Part shown: in pieces, positions 35,126 to 46,282 of the stretch
Layout of the letters: the number at the start of each line of letters is the position of its first letter
Numbering within the stretch: the first letter of the stretch is position 1
Origin: Acidimicrobiia bacterium
GTDB lineage: Bacteria > Acidobacteriota > Vicinamibacteria > Vicinamibacterales > UBA2999
Direction of reading: 5' to 3'
DNA length: 64,000 nt
Assembly (NCBI GenBank): GCA_016871275.1
Contig: VFZG01000005.1
Coordinates: 55,675 to 119,674, forward strand
The notes under the pieces: model-generated
Told to the model about the DNA's origin: nothing
What the model saw: only the letters and a program-made list of their open reading frames with translations
The model's database searches: none
Made by a program: the position numbers and the translations under genes

Positions 35126-35872
35126 CTATTCGCCGATCGGCCTATCGGCCCGTTCCAACCACTCTCGCTCGTCAGCGTCGAGCGTGGCCGTGGGCAGCAG
35201 ATCCGGCCGCCGCTCTACCGTTCGCTGCAGCGCCGCCTCGCGGCGCCAGCGACGAATCTCGGCGTGGTGTCCCGACATCAGCACCTCGGGAACACGCCGC
35301 CCCTCGTATTCCGCCGGTCTCGTGTAGTGCGGGTAATCCAACAACCCGCGCGTAAACGAATCTCCTTCCACCGATTGATCGTCGCCCACGACGCCCGGCA
35401 CCAGCCGCCCCACCGCGTCGATGACTGCCAGGGCCGGCACCTCGCCGCCGGACAGCACGTAGTCGCCGATCGAAATCTCCTCGGTCACCAGCGCTTCACG
35501 CACCCGCTCGTCAATCCCTTCATATCGGCCGCACAGCAGCACGAGATGACGGTTGCCCGACAGCCGCCGCGCCCCGTCCTGCGTCAATCGGTCGCCGGCC
35601 GGCGACAGCAGCGCCACCACCTCCGGCTCGCCGCGCGAGGCGCGAATCGCGCGCATCGCCGCGAAGAACGGCTCGGGCTTCATCACCATGCCCGGTCCGC
35701 CGCCGAACGGCACGTCGTCCACGACGCGATGCCGGTCCGTCGTGAAGTCGCGCAAGTCGTGGACGACGATGTCCAGCCGCCCCGCGATCCTCGCGCGCCC
35801 GACCACGCCCTCGGCGAGACCCGCTTCGATCATGTGCGGAAAGATCGTGACGACGTCGATCTTCACCGCCAT
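35126..35872 (-). CDS. trmD: tRNA (guanine37-N1)-methyltransferase
   Basis: IDVVTIFP.M.......G...RA......[23 protein letters not shown]. Confidence 0.95.
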   Translation of the reverse strand: MAVKIDVVTIFPHMIEAGLAEGVVGRARIAGRLDIVVHDLRDFTTDRHRVVDDVPFGGGPGMVMKPEPFFAAMRAIRASRGEPEVVALLSPAGDRLTQDGARRLSGNRHLVLLCGRYEGIDERVREALVTEEISIGDYVLSGGEVPALAVIDAVGRLVPGVVGDDQSVEGDSFTRGLLDYPHYTRPAEYEGRRVPEVLMSGHHAEIRRWRREAALQRTVERRPDLLPTATLDADEREWLERADRPIGE

Positions 35873-36405
35873 TGCCCGTTCACATCCAGCAAGCCCTCTG
35901 GTGGCCTGACCGTGATGCGTTTCGCCTCGATATCCACCGTGCAGATCTCATCAGCAAACGGAATCAGCACTTCGCCACGACTGCTCCGCACCACGAACCG
36001 CGTGGCCGCGCCATCGCCCTCCACCGCCGTGACTGTGCCGATCGCATCCCCACCGCCCGTCACGACGTCGCAGCCGATCAGGTCGCGGTGGTAGTACTCA
36101 CCATCCCCGAGGACGTTGTCCTCGAGATCACGTTCACAAACTCGCAACTCCAATCCCGCCAGCAGCTCCGCGTCGTTCATCGACGCAATGCCCCTGAACA
36201 GGATCACCGGCCGTCCCTGGTGCATCCGCATCGTGGCGACCTCCAGGGTCGCCGGGCTGCCGTCTCTGCGGCGCGTCATCAACTGCACGCCGCGGTGGAA
36301 ACGGTTCTCCGGGAAATCGGTCTCGGGATTGACGACCACTTCTCCCTTGTTGCCGTGCGTCCGGGCCACGACGCCTACCAGCACTGCGTCGTCCCAGCTG
36401 TCCAT
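35863..36405 (-). CDS. rimM: 16S rRNA processing protein RimM
   Basis: [27 protein letters not shown]. The ATG at 36405 is preferred because the track ORF start at 36630 overlaps the KH gene. Confidence 0.88.
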   Translation of the reverse strand: MDSWDDAVLVGVVARTHGNKGEVVVNPETDFPENRFHRGVQLMTRRRDGSPATLEVATMRMHQGRPVILFRGIASMNDAELLAGLELRVCERDLEDNVLGDGEYYHRDLIGCDVVTGGGDAIGTVTAVEGDGAATRFVVRSSRGEVLIPFADEICTVDIEAKRITVRPPEGLLDVNGQWR

Positions 36406-36409
36406 CGCG

Positions 36410-36664
36410 CTACCGTCCGCCGGACGTGTCGCGAATGTCGAGGCTGACGCGGCGATCGTCGTCCACCGCGCTCGACAGCAGCGTCCGTAACGCCGCCGCC
36501 GTGCGGCCCTGCCGGCCGATGACGCGGCCGAGATCCGAGGCCGCAACCTGCAGCTCGAACACCGTGCCGCCGCGACGCTCCGACTCGCGAACGCTGACCG
36601 AATCGGGATGATCCGCCAGCGCCTTCGCAACCGTCTCGATGAGTCCCTTCAGATCCGCTGCCAC
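36410..36664 (-). CDS. KH-domain RNA-binding protein (UPF0109/YlqC-like)
   Basis: 84 aa reading L...V.KALVD.PD.V.V.E........FEL.VA..DLGRVIGRQGRTA.ALRTLL. Confidence 0.85.
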   Translation of the reverse strand: MAADLKGLIETVAKALADHPDSVSVRESERRGGTVFELQVAASDLGRVIGRQGRTAAALRTLLSSAVDDDRRVSLDIRDTSGGR

Positions 36665-36681
36665 AACGTCTCCTAACGAGC

Positions 36682-36975
36682 CTATGCCTGCGGCGCGGTC
36701 GGCTCAGCCGTCACGGGCGCGTCGACACTGGCGCGATCCTTCGTGAGGTGACCCTTCAGCAGCGTGCGCACCGAATCCGACGGGCGCGCGCCGTTCTTGA
36801 TCCAGTGGGCCATGCGCTCCTTGTTGATTTCAACGACCGCCGGCTTGGTGCGGGGATTGTAGAAGCCGAGCACTTCGATGAACTCGCCTTCCTTCTTGGA
36901 TCTGGCTTCGGAGATGACGACGCGGAAGAACGGACGCTTCTTGGAACCGGTCCGTCGCATGCGAATGACGAGCAT
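36682..36975 (-). CDS. rpsP: 30S ribosomal protein S16
   Basis: MLVIRMRRTGSKKRPFFRVV....RS...G.FIE.LGFYNP. Confidence 0.95.
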   Translation of the reverse strand: MLVIRMRRTGSKKRPFFRVVISEARSKKEGEFIEVLGFYNPRTKPAVVEINKERMAHWIKNGARPSDSVRTLLKGHLTKDRASVDAPVTAEPTAPQA

Positions 36976-37029
36976 CTGACTGTCCTTTGCGGCGCTACGA
37001 GGCCGCGCTTAAGGGTGACAACGACGACG

Positions 37030-37095
37030 CAGTTGGCAATTCCCAATTCCCCAGTTGGCAATCACATGCCAACCGGCGAACTGCCAACCGCCAAC
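37030..37095. repeat. TTGGCAAT / GCCAAC short-repeat cluster containing the palindrome GTTGGCA-N6-TGCCAAC (37054-37073)
   Basis: CAGTTGGCAAT occurs twice (37030-40 and 37052-62), GCCAACC twice, and GCCAAC once, all in the ffh-rpsP spacer. Confidence 0.8.
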
Positions 37096-37101
37096 TAACG
37101 T

Positions 37102-38460
37102 TTACTTAAACGATCCAAACACCGACTTCTTCTTTTTCTTCGGCGGCGCAGCAACCTGTTCGCCCGTCATCTGCCCCACCATCTTCAACATCCGCTGCAT
37201 CTCGACGAACTGCTTCAGCAACCGGTTGACGTCCTCCACCGTGGTGCCGCTGCCTCTTGCGATGCGCTTGCGCCGGCTGCCATCCAGGATGTCGGCATGG
37301 TTTCGCTCGTCGGGCGTCATCGAATTGATGATCGCCTCGATCCGTCCCAGCTGCTGCTCGTCGGGCTTCTGGCCCGCGAGCTCTTGCATGCCGCCCATAC
37401 CCGGCAGCATGCCCAGGATCTTGTCCAGCGGGCCCATGCGCTTGAGCATCCGCAGCTGATTGCGAAAATCTTCCAGCGTGAACCCGCCCTTGCGGATCTT
37501 CGCTTCTAACTTCTCGGCCTGACCCTGATCGATGACCTCTTCGGCCTTTTCGATCAGCGTCAGCACGTCGCCCATGCCCAGCATGCGCGACACGAACCGG
37601 TCGGCGTGGAACGGCTCGAGGTCCTCGAGCTTTTCGCCGCTGCCGACGAAGGCAATCGGCACGCCGACCACCGATACCGCCGACAGCGCCGCGCCCCCGC
37701 GCGCATCGCCGTCGATCTTCGTCAGGACCACGCCGGTGACGCCGATCTGCGCGTTGAACTCACCCGCGCTCTTGATCGCGTCCTGCCCCGTCATCGCGTC
37801 GGCGACGTAGAGCAGATCGGATGGCCCCGCAATCTCCTTGATCGCGACCAGCTCCTTCATCAGCTCGTCGTCGATATGCAGGCGGCCCGCCGTGTCGACA
37901 ATCACGACGTCGTTGCCGACGGCCCGGGCCTCGGCGAGCGCGCCCTTGGCGCGCGCCACCGGATCCATCGGGCCGGCCGGGTCGTGCACGCGCACGCCCG
38001 CCTGCTGCGCCACAATCGCCAGCTGCTGGATGGCCGCCGGGCGCCGCACGTCGGTCGAAACGACGATCGGGTGCCGCCCCTGCTTCTGCAGCCACTTCGC
38101 GAGCTTGCCGGTCGTGGTGGTCTTGCCCGACCCCTGCAGGCCGAGCATCAGGATCACCCGCGGCCGCGCCGAGGTCTCCCGGAGCCCGCCCTTGGCATCC
38201 CCGAACAGCGCGAGCAGCTCATCACGAACGATCTTGATGACCTGCTGCGACGGGTTGAGGCCCTTCTGGACCTCCGCCTCCATCGCGCGATCGCGCACGC
38301 GATCGATGAATGCCTTGACGACCTTGAAATTGACGTCCGCTTCGAGCAGCGCCAGGCGAATCTCGCCCAGCACCCGTTCTACAGTCGACTCGGTGAGACG
38401 TGTCTCTCCCTTGAGGGACTGGAACACGTCCTGAAGTCGATTGCTGAGCGCGTCAAACAT
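37102..38460 (-). CDS. ffh: signal recognition particle protein Ffh
   Basis: NG domain (GLQGSGKTTT, DTAGRL), an M domain rich in Met, and a KKKKK tail. Confidence 0.95.
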   Translation of the reverse strand: MFDALSNRLQDVFQSLKGETRLTESTVERVLGEIRLALLEADVNFKVVKAFIDRVRDRAMEAEVQKGLNPSQQVIKIVRDELLALFGDAKGGLRETSARPRVILMLGLQGSGKTTTTGKLAKWLQKQGRHPIVVSTDVRRPAAIQQLAIVAQQAGVRVHDPAGPMDPVARAKGALAEARAVGNDVVIVDTAGRLHIDDELMKELVAIKEIAGPSDLLYVADAMTGQDAIKSAGEFNAQIGVTGVVLTKIDGDARGGAALSAVSVVGVPIAFVGSGEKLEDLEPFHADRFVSRMLGMGDVLTLIEKAEEVIDQGQAEKLEAKIRKGGFTLEDFRNQLRMLKRMGPLDKILGMLPGMGGMQELAGQKPDEQQLGRIEAIINSMTPDERNHADILDGSRRKRIARGSGTTVEDVNRLLKQFVEMQRMLKMVGQMTGEQVAAPPKKKKKSVFGSFK

Positions 38461-38511
38461 CGAGGGGCGTCACACGGAGAGCCACGAGCCGCTTCCGCGC
38501 AAACCCTTATC

Positions 38512-39783
38512 TTACACTGATTTGAGGCGATGTCCGAGCTTTTCCTTCTTCACTTTGAGGTACTTGCGGGTGGTCGCCGATGCCGGGATTTCGAGGGGCA
38601 GCGTTTCTGATACCGACAAACCGTATCCCTGTAACCCTACGAATTTACGTGGGTTATTCGTCAGCAGGCGCATGGACCGGATCCCCAGGCTTCGCAGGAT
38701 CTGCGCGCCGATTCCATAGTCCCGCTGGTCGGCTTTGAATCCGAGGCGCTCATTGGCTTCCACGGTATCGAAACCCTGGTCCTGCAGCGCATAGGCCCGA
38801 AGCTTGTTGGCCAGGCCAATGCCCCGCCCCTCCTGGTTCAGATAGAGCAGAACTCCACGGCCCGCCCGTGCAATTTGCTGCAGTGCAGCCTCGAGCTGCG
38901 AACCGCAATCGCAACGCGCCGAGTGGAACACATCGCCGGTCAGGCACTTCGAGTGGACGCGGACCAGAACGTCATCGCCCTTGCCGATGTCGCCGCACAC
39001 CAGCGCGAGGTGCGTTTCCTGGTCGATCAGGCTTTCGAAGCCGTGAATGCGGAAGGCGCCGACCTCGGTCGGCAGATCCGCTTCGGCCACCTTCGTGACG
39101 AGGCCTTCGGTCCTCATCCGGTAGCGAATGAGATCCGCGATGGTGATCATCAGCAGCTTGTGCTTGCGGGCGAACTTTGTCAGCGCCGGCACCCGCGCCA
39201 TCGTGCCGTCGTCGTTCATGATTTCGCAAATCACACCGGCGGGCGCCAGGCCGGCACGGCGCGACAGATCGACCGCCGCCTCCGTCTGCCCGGCGCGAAC
39301 CAGCACCCCGCCGTCACGGGCGCGCAGCGGAAGAATGTGGCCGGGCCGCGCCAGGTCAGATGGCTTGGTCTTCGGATGAATCGCAGCCCTGATCGTCGCC
39401 GCCCGATCCGCGGCCGAAATGCCGGTGGTGGTGCCACGCTTCGCCTCGATCGCCACGCAAAAGGCCGTCTCAAAGCGCGTGGAGTTCTTCTCGACCATCA
39501 GCGGAATCTCGAGATGGTCGAGCCGCTCACCGGTCATCGGCATGCAGATCAGTCCGCGGCCGTACTTCGCCATGAAGTTGATCGCCTCGGGCGTCACCTT
39601 CTCGGCCGCCATGGTCAGGTCGCCTTCGTTCTCCCGATCCTCGTCATCGACGACGATGACCATCTCGCCGCGGCGAATCGCCGCGACGGCGTCCTCGACG
39701 GCGGCAAACGGGCCGGCGGCCCTGGCAATCCTGATCTGCGTCTTCTGGGGCTTCTGCGGCCCCGGCGTCTTCTTCTGTGCCAT
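38512..39783 (-). CDS. ribBA: bifunctional 3,4-dihydroxy-2-butanone-4-phosphate synthase / GTP cyclohydrolase II
   Basis: [11 protein letters not shown], plus the GTP cyclohydrolase II Cys motif [15 protein letters not shown]. Confidence 0.93.
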   Translation of the reverse strand: MAQKKTPGPQKPQKTQIRIARAAGPFAAVEDAVAAIRRGEMVIVVDDEDRENEGDLTMAAEKVTPEAINFMAKYGRGLICMPMTGERLDHLEIPLMVEKNSTRFETAFCVAIEAKRGTTTGISAADRAATIRAAIHPKTKPSDLARPGHILPLRARDGGVLVRAGQTEAAVDLSRRAGLAPAGVICEIMNDDGTMARVPALTKFARKHKLLMITIADLIRYRMRTEGLVTKVAEADLPTEVGAFRIHGFESLIDQETHLALVCGDIGKGDDVLVRVHSKCLTGDVFHSARCDCGSQLEAALQQIARAGRGVLLYLNQEGRGIGLANKLRAYALQDQGFDTVEANERLGFKADQRDYGIGAQILRSLGIRSMRLLTNNPRKFVGLQGYGLSVSETLPLEIPASATTRKYLKVKKEKLGHRLKSV

Positions 39784-39789
39784 CGGTGG

Positions 39790-40383
39790 CTACTGCCTTC
39801 TGAGTTCCATCGCGCGGACCACGTACTTCCCGATCATGTCGCATTCCAGGTTGACTTTGTCGCCGATACGCAGGTTCTTCAACGTGGTATGACCCAGTGT
39901 ATGCGGAATGATCATCACGTCGAACTGCCGCTCGCCAAGGCCGGCTACCGTCAGGCTGATGCCATCCACCGCGATCGAGCCCTTACGAATGAAATAGGGC
40001 GCCAGCGCGGGCGGAAACCCGATCGTCAGCCAGCGCGACTCGCCTTCCTGCCTGATCTCCTTGATGAGGCCGAGACCATCGACGTGTCCCGTCACGAAGT
40101 GACCGTCGAGTCGGCCATCGCTGCGCATGGGCCGCTCCAGGTTGACCACCTGTCCGCGCTGCGAGGCGCCGAACGTCGTGACGCGCGCGGTCTCGGGACC
40201 GACATCCGCCAGGACGTCTTCACCGTCGATCAGGACCACCGTCAGGCAGACGCCATTCACGGCCAGGCTGTCACCGATCTTCACGGTGCCGGCCAGCGGC
40301 GTGTGAATGCGCACACGATAGCCGCCGCCGGTGCCTTTCACCTCGGCCAGTGTGCCGGTTGCCTCAACGATGCCCGTGAACAT
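39790..40383 (-). CDS. ribE: riboflavin synthase
   Basis: MFTGIVE..G.......G and [11 protein letters not shown], with an internal duplication. Confidence 0.93.
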   Translation of the reverse strand: MFTGIVEATGTLAEVKGTGGGYRVRIHTPLAGTVKIGDSLAVNGVCLTVVLIDGEDVLADVGPETARVTTFGASQRGQVVNLERPMRSDGRLDGHFVTGHVDGLGLIKEIRQEGESRWLTIGFPPALAPYFIRKGSIAVDGISLTVAGLGERQFDVMIIPHTLGHTTLKNLRIGDKVNLECDMIGKYVVRAMELRRQ

Positions 40384-41449
40384 CCGCCTCCATCCACGTG
40401 TCCGGCCCGAGCTGCTCCACCGTTACCGGACTCAGCGCCGACGCCGGCACGTCGACCCCATCGAACACTCTGAGGCCGCTTTCACCCAGTTCCACCGGCG
40501 CGACGATCACGTGGACGCGGTCTATGACACCGGCCCGCCAGGCTGCGGCGTGCATCACGGCGCCCCCCTCCAGCAGCAGCGTCGAGATATCACGCTGCAC
40601 GAGTGCGCGGAGATCGGCGGCCAGCTCGCCGGTGCCTTCGATCAACGTAGCGCCCGCGTCCTTCAATGCGGCCACCCGGCCAGCTTGTCGCCCGACCGCA
40701 GCGGCCGTCGTCAGTATTATGACCGGCCCGGCATCGAGCGTCGATAACAGGCGTGCCGTTGACGGAGTGCGCAACTGGCGGTCGAAGACGACGCGCGCCA
40801 GCGGCCGTGCCCGGAAACACTCCCGAACCGTGAGCATGGGGTCGTCGGCCAGCACCGTGCCAGACCCGACGCCGATGGCATCGACCATCGCGCGCAGGCG
40901 TTGCGTCCGGCGATTGGCGTCCGCCGAAGACAGCTGGGTCCGGACTCCAGGCGCGGCGGCGATGCGCGAGTCGCGGCTCATCGCGGCCTTGGCAATCACC
41001 ATCGGGCGGCCCTGGGTCTGCACAATGCCGAAGGCGCGATTGAGGCGGGCGGCCTCCTCCTCGAGTAGTCCGACTTCAACCTGGATGCCGCTGGCCCGCA
41101 GCTCTTCGATGCCCTTGCCGTGGACCAGCGGATTCGGATCCCGCATCGCCACCACCACCCTGACAATGCCGGCGGCAATGATCTTCCGCGTGCACGGTCC
41201 AGTGCGTCCGGTGTGACAACACGGCTCCAGGGTGACGTACATCGTCGCGCCGCGGGCGCGTTCACCGGCGTCGTTGAGCGCAAACACTTCGGCGTGCGGC
41301 TCACCCGCTCGCGGGTGCAGCCCCTGGCCGACAACCACGCCATCGGGTGACACAATCACCGCGCCGACCAGCGGGTTCGGGGTGGTCACGCCCGCCGCGC
41401 GGCCGGCGTGAAACAACGCGCGCCGCATGTAGTCGGCGCCGGTCACCAT
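40364..41449 (-). CDS. ribD: bifunctional diaminohydroxyphosphoribosylaminopyrimidine deaminase / 5-amino-6-(5-phosphoribosylamino)uracil reductase
   Basis: PNPLVGAVIV, HAEV.AL and TLEPC.H.GRTGPC. ATG at 41449, 8 nt after the ftsY stop. Confidence 0.92.
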   Translation of the reverse strand: MVTGADYMRRALFHAGRAAGVTTPNPLVGAVIVSPDGVVVGQGLHPRAGEPHAEVFALNDAGERARGATMYVTLEPCCHTGRTGPCTRKIIAAGIVRVVVAMRDPNPLVHGKGIEELRASGIQVEVGLLEEEAARLNRAFGIVQTQGRPMVIAKAAMSRDSRIAAAPGVRTQLSSADANRRTQRLRAMVDAIGVGSGTVLADDPMLTVRECFRARPLARVVFDRQLRTPSTARLLSTLDAGPVIILTTAAAVGRQAGRVAALKDAGATLIEGTGELAADLRALVQRDISTLLLEGGAVMHAAAWRAGVIDRVHVIVAPVELGESGLRVFDGVDVPASALSPVTVEQLGPDTWMEADVHGHR

Positions 41450-41456
41450 GGCGTGA

Positions 41457-42389
41457 TTACCACTTCTCGAGAAAGATGGCGTCCACGTAATCCCGCGGCG
41501 CAAACGGCAGCAGGTCGTCGACGCCTTCGCCGACGCCGACGTAGCGAATCGGCAGCTTCAGGTCGTGTGCGATGGCCACGGCGATGCCGCCCTTCGCGGT
41601 GCCATCCAGCTTGGTGAGCACGATCCCAGTCACACCAGCCACGTTCGTGAACTCACGCGCCTGTGCCAGGCCGTTCTGTCCAACCGTCGCATCGAGCACG
41701 AGCAGCACTTCGTGCGGCGCGCCCGGCACCTCACGTCCCGCCACGCGCCGAATCTTGTCGAGCTCGTTCATCAGGTTGGCGCGCGTATGCAGACGGCCCG
41801 CCGTGTCGACCAGCACGACGTCGCGTTGCCGTGCCTTGGCCGCGGTCATCGCATCGAACACGACTGCGGCAGGATCCGAGCCCTCCCTGGCGCGGACGAT
41901 GCCAACGCCCGCCCGGTCGGCCCAGATCTGCAATTGGTCGACGGCCGCCGCACGGAACGTATCCGCCGCACAGATCAGCACCGCCCGTCCCTCGCCCTTC
42001 AGTTGGTTTGCCAGCTTGCCGATCGTCGTTGTCTTCCCGACGCCGTTGACCCCGACTATCAGCGCCACATGCGGCTTGCTGGTGATCGCAATCGGCGCGT
42101 TCGAGGACTCCAGAATGCGCAGCATCTCCTGCTTGACGAGGTCCCGGAGGCTCTCCCCCCGCCGCTGGCGCCTGCCGACAGATTGGACGATCTCGCCGCT
42201 GGCCGCAACACCGACGTCGGCCATCAACAGGATCTCCTCGAGTGTGTCGGCGGTATCAACGTCAATCTCGCGGGTGCGCGTCTCAGATAGACCGCCAAGA
42301 CCCACCATTTCATCAAGACGATCGAGACCATCCCGCAACTGCCGTGTGGTCTTCTGCAGCCCCGCCTTGAGTTTGTCGAATATGCCCAT
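41457..42389 (-). CDS. ftsY: signal recognition particle receptor FtsY (short, NG-domain only)
   Basis: [22 protein letters not shown] and [10 protein letters not shown]. Confidence 0.93.
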   Translation of the reverse strand: MGIFDKLKAGLQKTTRQLRDGLDRLDEMVGLGGLSETRTREIDVDTADTLEEILLMADVGVAASGEIVQSVGRRQRRGESLRDLVKQEMLRILESSNAPIAITSKPHVALIVGVNGVGKTTTIGKLANQLKGEGRAVLICAADTFRAAAVDQLQIWADRAGVGIVRAREGSDPAAVVFDAMTAAKARQRDVVLVDTAGRLHTRANLMNELDKIRRVAGREVPGAPHEVLLVLDATVGQNGLAQAREFTNVAGVTGIVLTKLDGTAKGGIAVAIAHDLKLPIRYVGVGEGVDDLLPFAPRDYVDAIFLEKW

Positions 42390-42429
42390 GGAACTGTATG
42401 CCTGGAGGCCCGGAGGCCCGGGGGCCTGC

Positions 42430-43431
42430 TCACGCGTGTTCGAGTTTCTGCTTGCGGCCCATCAGGTTGCGGATCGCCGACTGCGGATCGGTGCGGCCGG
42501 CGAGCACTTCAGCCATTTCGCAAGCGATCGGCAGCTCAATGCCGTGGCGAGCGCTCAAGGCCAGTGCGGCCTCGGTGGTCCGAACGCCTTCCGCGACCAT
42601 TTTCATATTCGACAGAATCTGCGTCAGCGACTGGCCCTTCGCCAGCGCGATGCCGACCTGGCGATTGCGGCTCAGGTCCCCCGTGCAGGTCAGTACGAGA
42701 TCGCCAAGGCCCGCCAGCCCCGCCAGCGTGGCCGGTTGGGCACCGGCCGCCACCGCCAGGCGCGACAGCTCTGCAAGGCCTCGGGTAATCAGCGCCGCCA
42801 GGGCGTTGTGCCCCGCGCCAAGCCCCTCGACGACACCCGCGGCAATGGCAATGATGTTCTTCAGCGCGCCGCCCAGCTCTACGCCCACCACGTCCCCGCT
42901 GCCGTACAAACGCAGCGCCGGCGAGCGGAAGTGGGCCATCACGGCCTCCACGACGATCGGCGACTCGCCGGCGGCGACAATCGCGGTCGGCTGCGTGCGC
43001 GCCAGCTCGCTCGCAAAACTCGGCCCCGACAAGACGACGATCTCACCCGCCTCGCGCAGTTCCTCGCGAAGCACCTGCGACATCCGCAGCAGTGAGCCCG
43101 CTTCGAGGCCCTTGGTGGCACTGACGATTGCGCAGCCACGCGGGAAGGAGGCGCCGGCAGCCCTGCAGACCTCCCTCACACCATGGGACGGCACGGCGAT
43201 CACCACAAACTGCGCCGCGTCGAGCGTCGCGGCGAGGTCCGACGTGGGAGACAACGCCGCAGGCAAGACCACGCCTGGTAGATAGGTGGCGTTCTCGCGG
43301 CGGGCGGCCATGCTCGAGGCCAGGCTGCTGTCGCGCGCCCAAAGGCGTACCTCGTGGCCCGTGTGCGCCAGGTGCACGGCCAGTGCGGTGCCCCAACTGC
43401 CCGATCCAATCACGCCGATGCGCTGGCTCAT
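42430..43431 (-). CDS. gpsA: NAD(P)H-dependent glycerol-3-phosphate dehydrogenase
   Basis: [18 protein letters not shown] and GALKN.IAIA.G. The start forms an ATGA overlap with the plsY stop. Confidence 0.92.
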   Translation of the reverse strand: MSQRIGVIGSGSWGTALAVHLAHTGHEVRLWARDSSLASSMAARRENATYLPGVVLPAALSPTSDLAATLDAAQFVVIAVPSHGVREVCRAAGASFPRGCAIVSATKGLEAGSLLRMSQVLREELREAGEIVVLSGPSFASELARTQPTAIVAAGESPIVVEAVMAHFRSPALRLYGSGDVVGVELGGALKNIIAIAAGVVEGLGAGHNALAALITRGLAELSRLAVAAGAQPATLAGLAGLGDLVLTCTGDLSRNRQVGIALAKGQSLTQILSNMKMVAEGVRTTEAALALSARHGIELPIACEMAEVLAGRTDPQSAIRNLMGRKQKLEHA

Positions 43432-44006
43432 GCTCCCAATGCCCGTTCGGTGCCCGCCCACAGCCGCGTCACGTTGCTGCGATGCCGAAAGAGGATCAAC
43501 ATCGCGACGATCGTGACACCGATGTCAATGGCGCGACCGCCCGGCACGGACCACTCGACCAGCGGCAGCACGATGGACGCCACGATCGATCCAAGCGACA
43601 CCAAGCGCGTTCTCGCCACGATGGCGACAAACGCCGCCGCAGCCACCAGCGTCGGCAGCGGTGACAGCACCCCGAAGACCCCGCTGGCCGTGGCCACGCC
43701 TTTGCCGCCACGAAACCCCAACCACACGGGATAAATGTGACCGGCGACCGCACCAACGCCGGCAGCCACGGCGTCGGCGCCGCCACCGCTCACCAGTACC
43801 GCAACGGCGCCCTTGGCCATGTCCGCGATCATCACCGTGATCGCGGCGCGCAGTCCCGCGGTGCGATAGACGTTGGTGGCGCCGACATTGCCGCTGCCGA
43901 CGCGTCTCAGATCGATCCCACCAGCGCCTTGCGCAACCAGGTAGCCGATCGGCAGCGAGCCAACCAGATAACCAATCGCCAGCGATGGGAGCAGTTCAGG
44001 CCCCAA
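43428..44006 (-). CDS. plsY: glycerol-3-phosphate acyltransferase PlsY
   Basis: GYL.GS.P.GY........ID.R..GSGN.GATNV.R and F.GGKGVAT. Confidence 0.92.
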   Translation of the reverse strand: MGPELLPSLAIGYLVGSLPIGYLVAQGAGGIDLRRVGSGNVGATNVYRTAGLRAAITVMIADMAKGAVAVLVSGGGADAVAAGVGAVAGHIYPVWLGFRGGKGVATASGVFGVLSPLPTLVAAAAFVAIVARTRLVSLGSIVASIVLPLVEWSVPGGRAIDIGVTIVAMLILFRHRSNVTRLWAGTERALGA

Positions 44007-44568
44007 GCGGTGCGCTCACCAGGTCAGTATAGTGCGGGCCCTGTTGCGACAGTCTGCTCTGATACAGCGACACGCGGTCGATCCGCGACACGGCATGCGT
44101 CACGTCGCACGACTGGAGCAGCTTCGGCCAGTCGACACCGACGCCGGCCATCCTGACCCGCCCCAGCGTCAGGTGTGGCAACAGCGCGCGGCCGTCCATT
44201 TCGAACGCGCCGCCCGACAGGCGTCGTGAGACCTCCGCCTCAAGCTGCGCCAGCGATGCGGCGCCGTCGATCACGCCGAGCCATAGCGCCCGCGGATGCC
44301 GGTTGTTCGGGAACGTGCCGATGCCGCGCCACTGCACCTCAAATGCTGGGATCGCAATCGGTGGCGAGAGCCGGCGCGTCAGATCATCGATGCGCGCCTC
44401 ATCAACTTCGCCAATGAACCGGATCGTCACGTGCAGCGCCTCCGGCTTGACCCAGGTCACTTTCGGCGGCCTGGTCGAGGCCTCCAGCTTGCCGGTGAGT
44501 GCGGTAATGACGCGGCTCGCCTCCCGTCGCACGGCATCGCCCACATCCACGGCGACGAAGACCCTCAT
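43996..44568 (-). CDS. thpR: RNA 2',3'-cyclic phosphodiesterase (2H family, ThpR/LigT)
   Basis: MRVFVAV with two H.T. motifs (HVTIRF and HLTLGR). Confidence 0.85.
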   Translation of the reverse strand: MRVFVAVDVGDAVRREASRVITALTGKLEASTRPPKVTWVKPEALHVTIRFIGEVDEARIDDLTRRLSPPIAIPAFEVQWRGIGTFPNNRHPRALWLGVIDGAASLAQLEAEVSRRLSGGAFEMDGRALLPHLTLGRVRMAGVGVDWPKLLQSCDVTHAVSRIDRVSLYQSRLSQQGPHYTDLVSAPLGA

Positions 44569-45845
44569 GGCAAGGACTTGATCAACCAGCGCCGCAGCAT
44601 GTCGATCGCCCAGGTGGCCGCCAGGTGCTTCACCATGTCGCGGCCGCCGGGGAACGTGAACGTCCTGACGCTGGACTCGCCCGCGTCAACCGCGATGCAC
44701 ACCGTCCCCACCGGCTTCCGTTCGCTGCCGCCCCCGGGTCCGGCAATGCCGGTGATGCCAATGCCGGCGTTGACCTGGGCTCGCCGCCGAATGCCGGCCG
44801 CCATCGCGGCCGCCACCGCCTCGCTGACGGCGCCATGCTCCCTGATCAACGACTCCGGCACATCGAGCAGCTCGATCTTCGCGCGGTTGCTGTACGCGAC
44901 GATGCTGCGCTCGACGTACTCGGAGCTGCCGGCGATGTCCGTCATGCGCGACGTCGCCAGTCCGCCCGTGCACGACTCCGCAAACGCCACCCACCACCCG
45001 CGCTGCCGCAGCAGACCGCCCACCACCGCTTCGAGCACCGTGCCATCGATGCTGACGAGATCGTGGCCGAGCGCGTCGGCCAGTTGTGCGACGGCTCGGT
45101 CAAGCGCCGCGTTGGCGACGGCTGCATCAACAGACTGCGTGACCAGGTGCAGTTCCACCTGGCCCAGTCCGGCCAGGATCGTCGTTTCGATGCGCGGGGG
45201 CCGCTGCACCCACTGTGAATAGATCGGCTGCACGATCTCCTCTACGGCGGATTCACCCTTCCCGGCGACGCGAACCAGCCGGCGATGCAACCGCACGCCG
45301 CCGGCGACAGCAGCCAGACGCTGACGCACGGCGCCGTCCATCATCGGCTTCATTTCGCGCGGCGGCCCCGGCAGCAGCGCCAGCTGGTGGTGGCCCGTTT
45401 CCAGCCACAAACCCGGCGCGGTCCCGTGCGGGTTCTCCAGGACCGCCGCCCCTCGCGGCACCTGCGCCTGCCGGCGATTCACCTCCGGCATCTTCCAGCC
45501 CCGCGCCGCGAACCGTTTCTGCATGGCGGCGACGATTCCAGGGTCCTCATCCATCGGCAGCCGCAGCAATTCGGCAACGACGTCCCGCGTCAAATCGTCG
45601 TCGGTCGGTCCCAGGCCGCCGCACAAGATCACGATCGTGTGACGGGCCATGGCATGGGACAGGTGCGCCGTCAGTTCGTCGCGGCTGTCGCCAACCACGC
45701 TCTTGAAGCCAACGGCGATGCCGAGATCGTTGAGGACTTCCGAGATCACGAGCGAGTTGGTGTCGGTCTTGTGCGGCGTCAGCAGCTCGCTGCCGACGGC
45801 AATGATCGCGGCGGTCAGACTGTCAGCCATGACGGCACGACCCAC
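44565..45845 (-). CDS. cinA: CinA-family protein (MoCF domain plus nicotinamide-nucleotide amidase domain)
   Basis: AAIIAVGSELL....DTNS..I...L..LGI and C-terminal ESCTGG. Confidence 0.88.
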   Translation of the reverse strand: MGRAVMADSLTAAIIAVGSELLTPHKTDTNSLVISEVLNDLGIAVGFKSVVGDSRDELTAHLSHAMARHTIVILCGGLGPTDDDLTRDVVAELLRLPMDEDPGIVAAMQKRFAARGWKMPEVNRRQAQVPRGAAVLENPHGTAPGLWLETGHHQLALLPGPPREMKPMMDGAVRQRLAAVAGGVRLHRRLVRVAGKGESAVEEIVQPIYSQWVQRPPRIETTILAGLGQVELHLVTQSVDAAVANAALDRAVAQLADALGHDLVSIDGTVLEAVVGGLLRQRGWWVAFAESCTGGLATSRMTDIAGSSEYVERSIVAYSNRAKIELLDVPESLIREHGAVSEAVAAAMAAGIRRRAQVNAGIGITGIAGPGGGSERKPVGTVCIAVDAGESSVRTFTFPGGRDMVKHLAATWAIDMLRRWLIKSLP

Positions 45846-46282
45846 ATCAGCCCGCGCAGCACGAGATAGGCGTACAAACCGGCGACCGCATCGTCAGCCA
45901 TGATGCCAATGCCGCCGTGGACGTGCTCGAGTTGTGCCGCCGGATACGGCTTGATGACATCGAACAGGCGGAACAGCAGGAAGCCCACCGCCACGCCCGC
46001 CAATGACACCGGCAGCAGCGCCAGCGTCATCAGCATGCCCAGGACTTCGTCGATCACCACGATGCCGGGATCCTTGCGGCCGAGCGCACGCTCGGTCCCG
46101 TGCGCGGCCCAGACACCAGCCGCCGCGACTGCAGCAATCGTCGCCAGCTCGATCCACGGCACGCCGATCCAGCGTACGAATGCGAACAACGCCAGCGCCG
46201 CCAGGGAACCCGCGGTGCCGGGCGCAAACGGAAAGTAGCCAACGTAGCCGAAACTGGCCACGAAGACCGCCAGCGGTTTCAT
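45815..46282 (-). CDS. pgpA: phosphatidylglycerophosphatase A
   Basis: FGYVGYFPFAPGTAGSLAA and FR.FD..KP.P. The ATG at 46282 forms an ATGA overlap with the upstream stop. Confidence 0.88.
   Translation of the reverse strand: MKPLAVFVASFGYVGYFPFAPGTAGSLAALALFAFVRWIGVPWIELATIAAVAAAGVWAAHGTERALGRKDPGIVVIDEVLGMLMTLALLPVSLAGVAVGFLLFRLFDVIKPYPAAQLEHVHGGIGIMADDAVAGLYAYLVLRGLMWVVPSWLTV

Noticed and set aside
37054-37073. TTGGCA...TGC on the minus strand, and GGCAC...GC at about 10441-10457, considered as sigma-54 (-24/-12) promoters, given the NtrC-like activator in the window.
   Set aside because: In both cases the GG-to-GC spacing is 9 nt rather than the invariant 10 nt. The -12 region does not match TTGCW.
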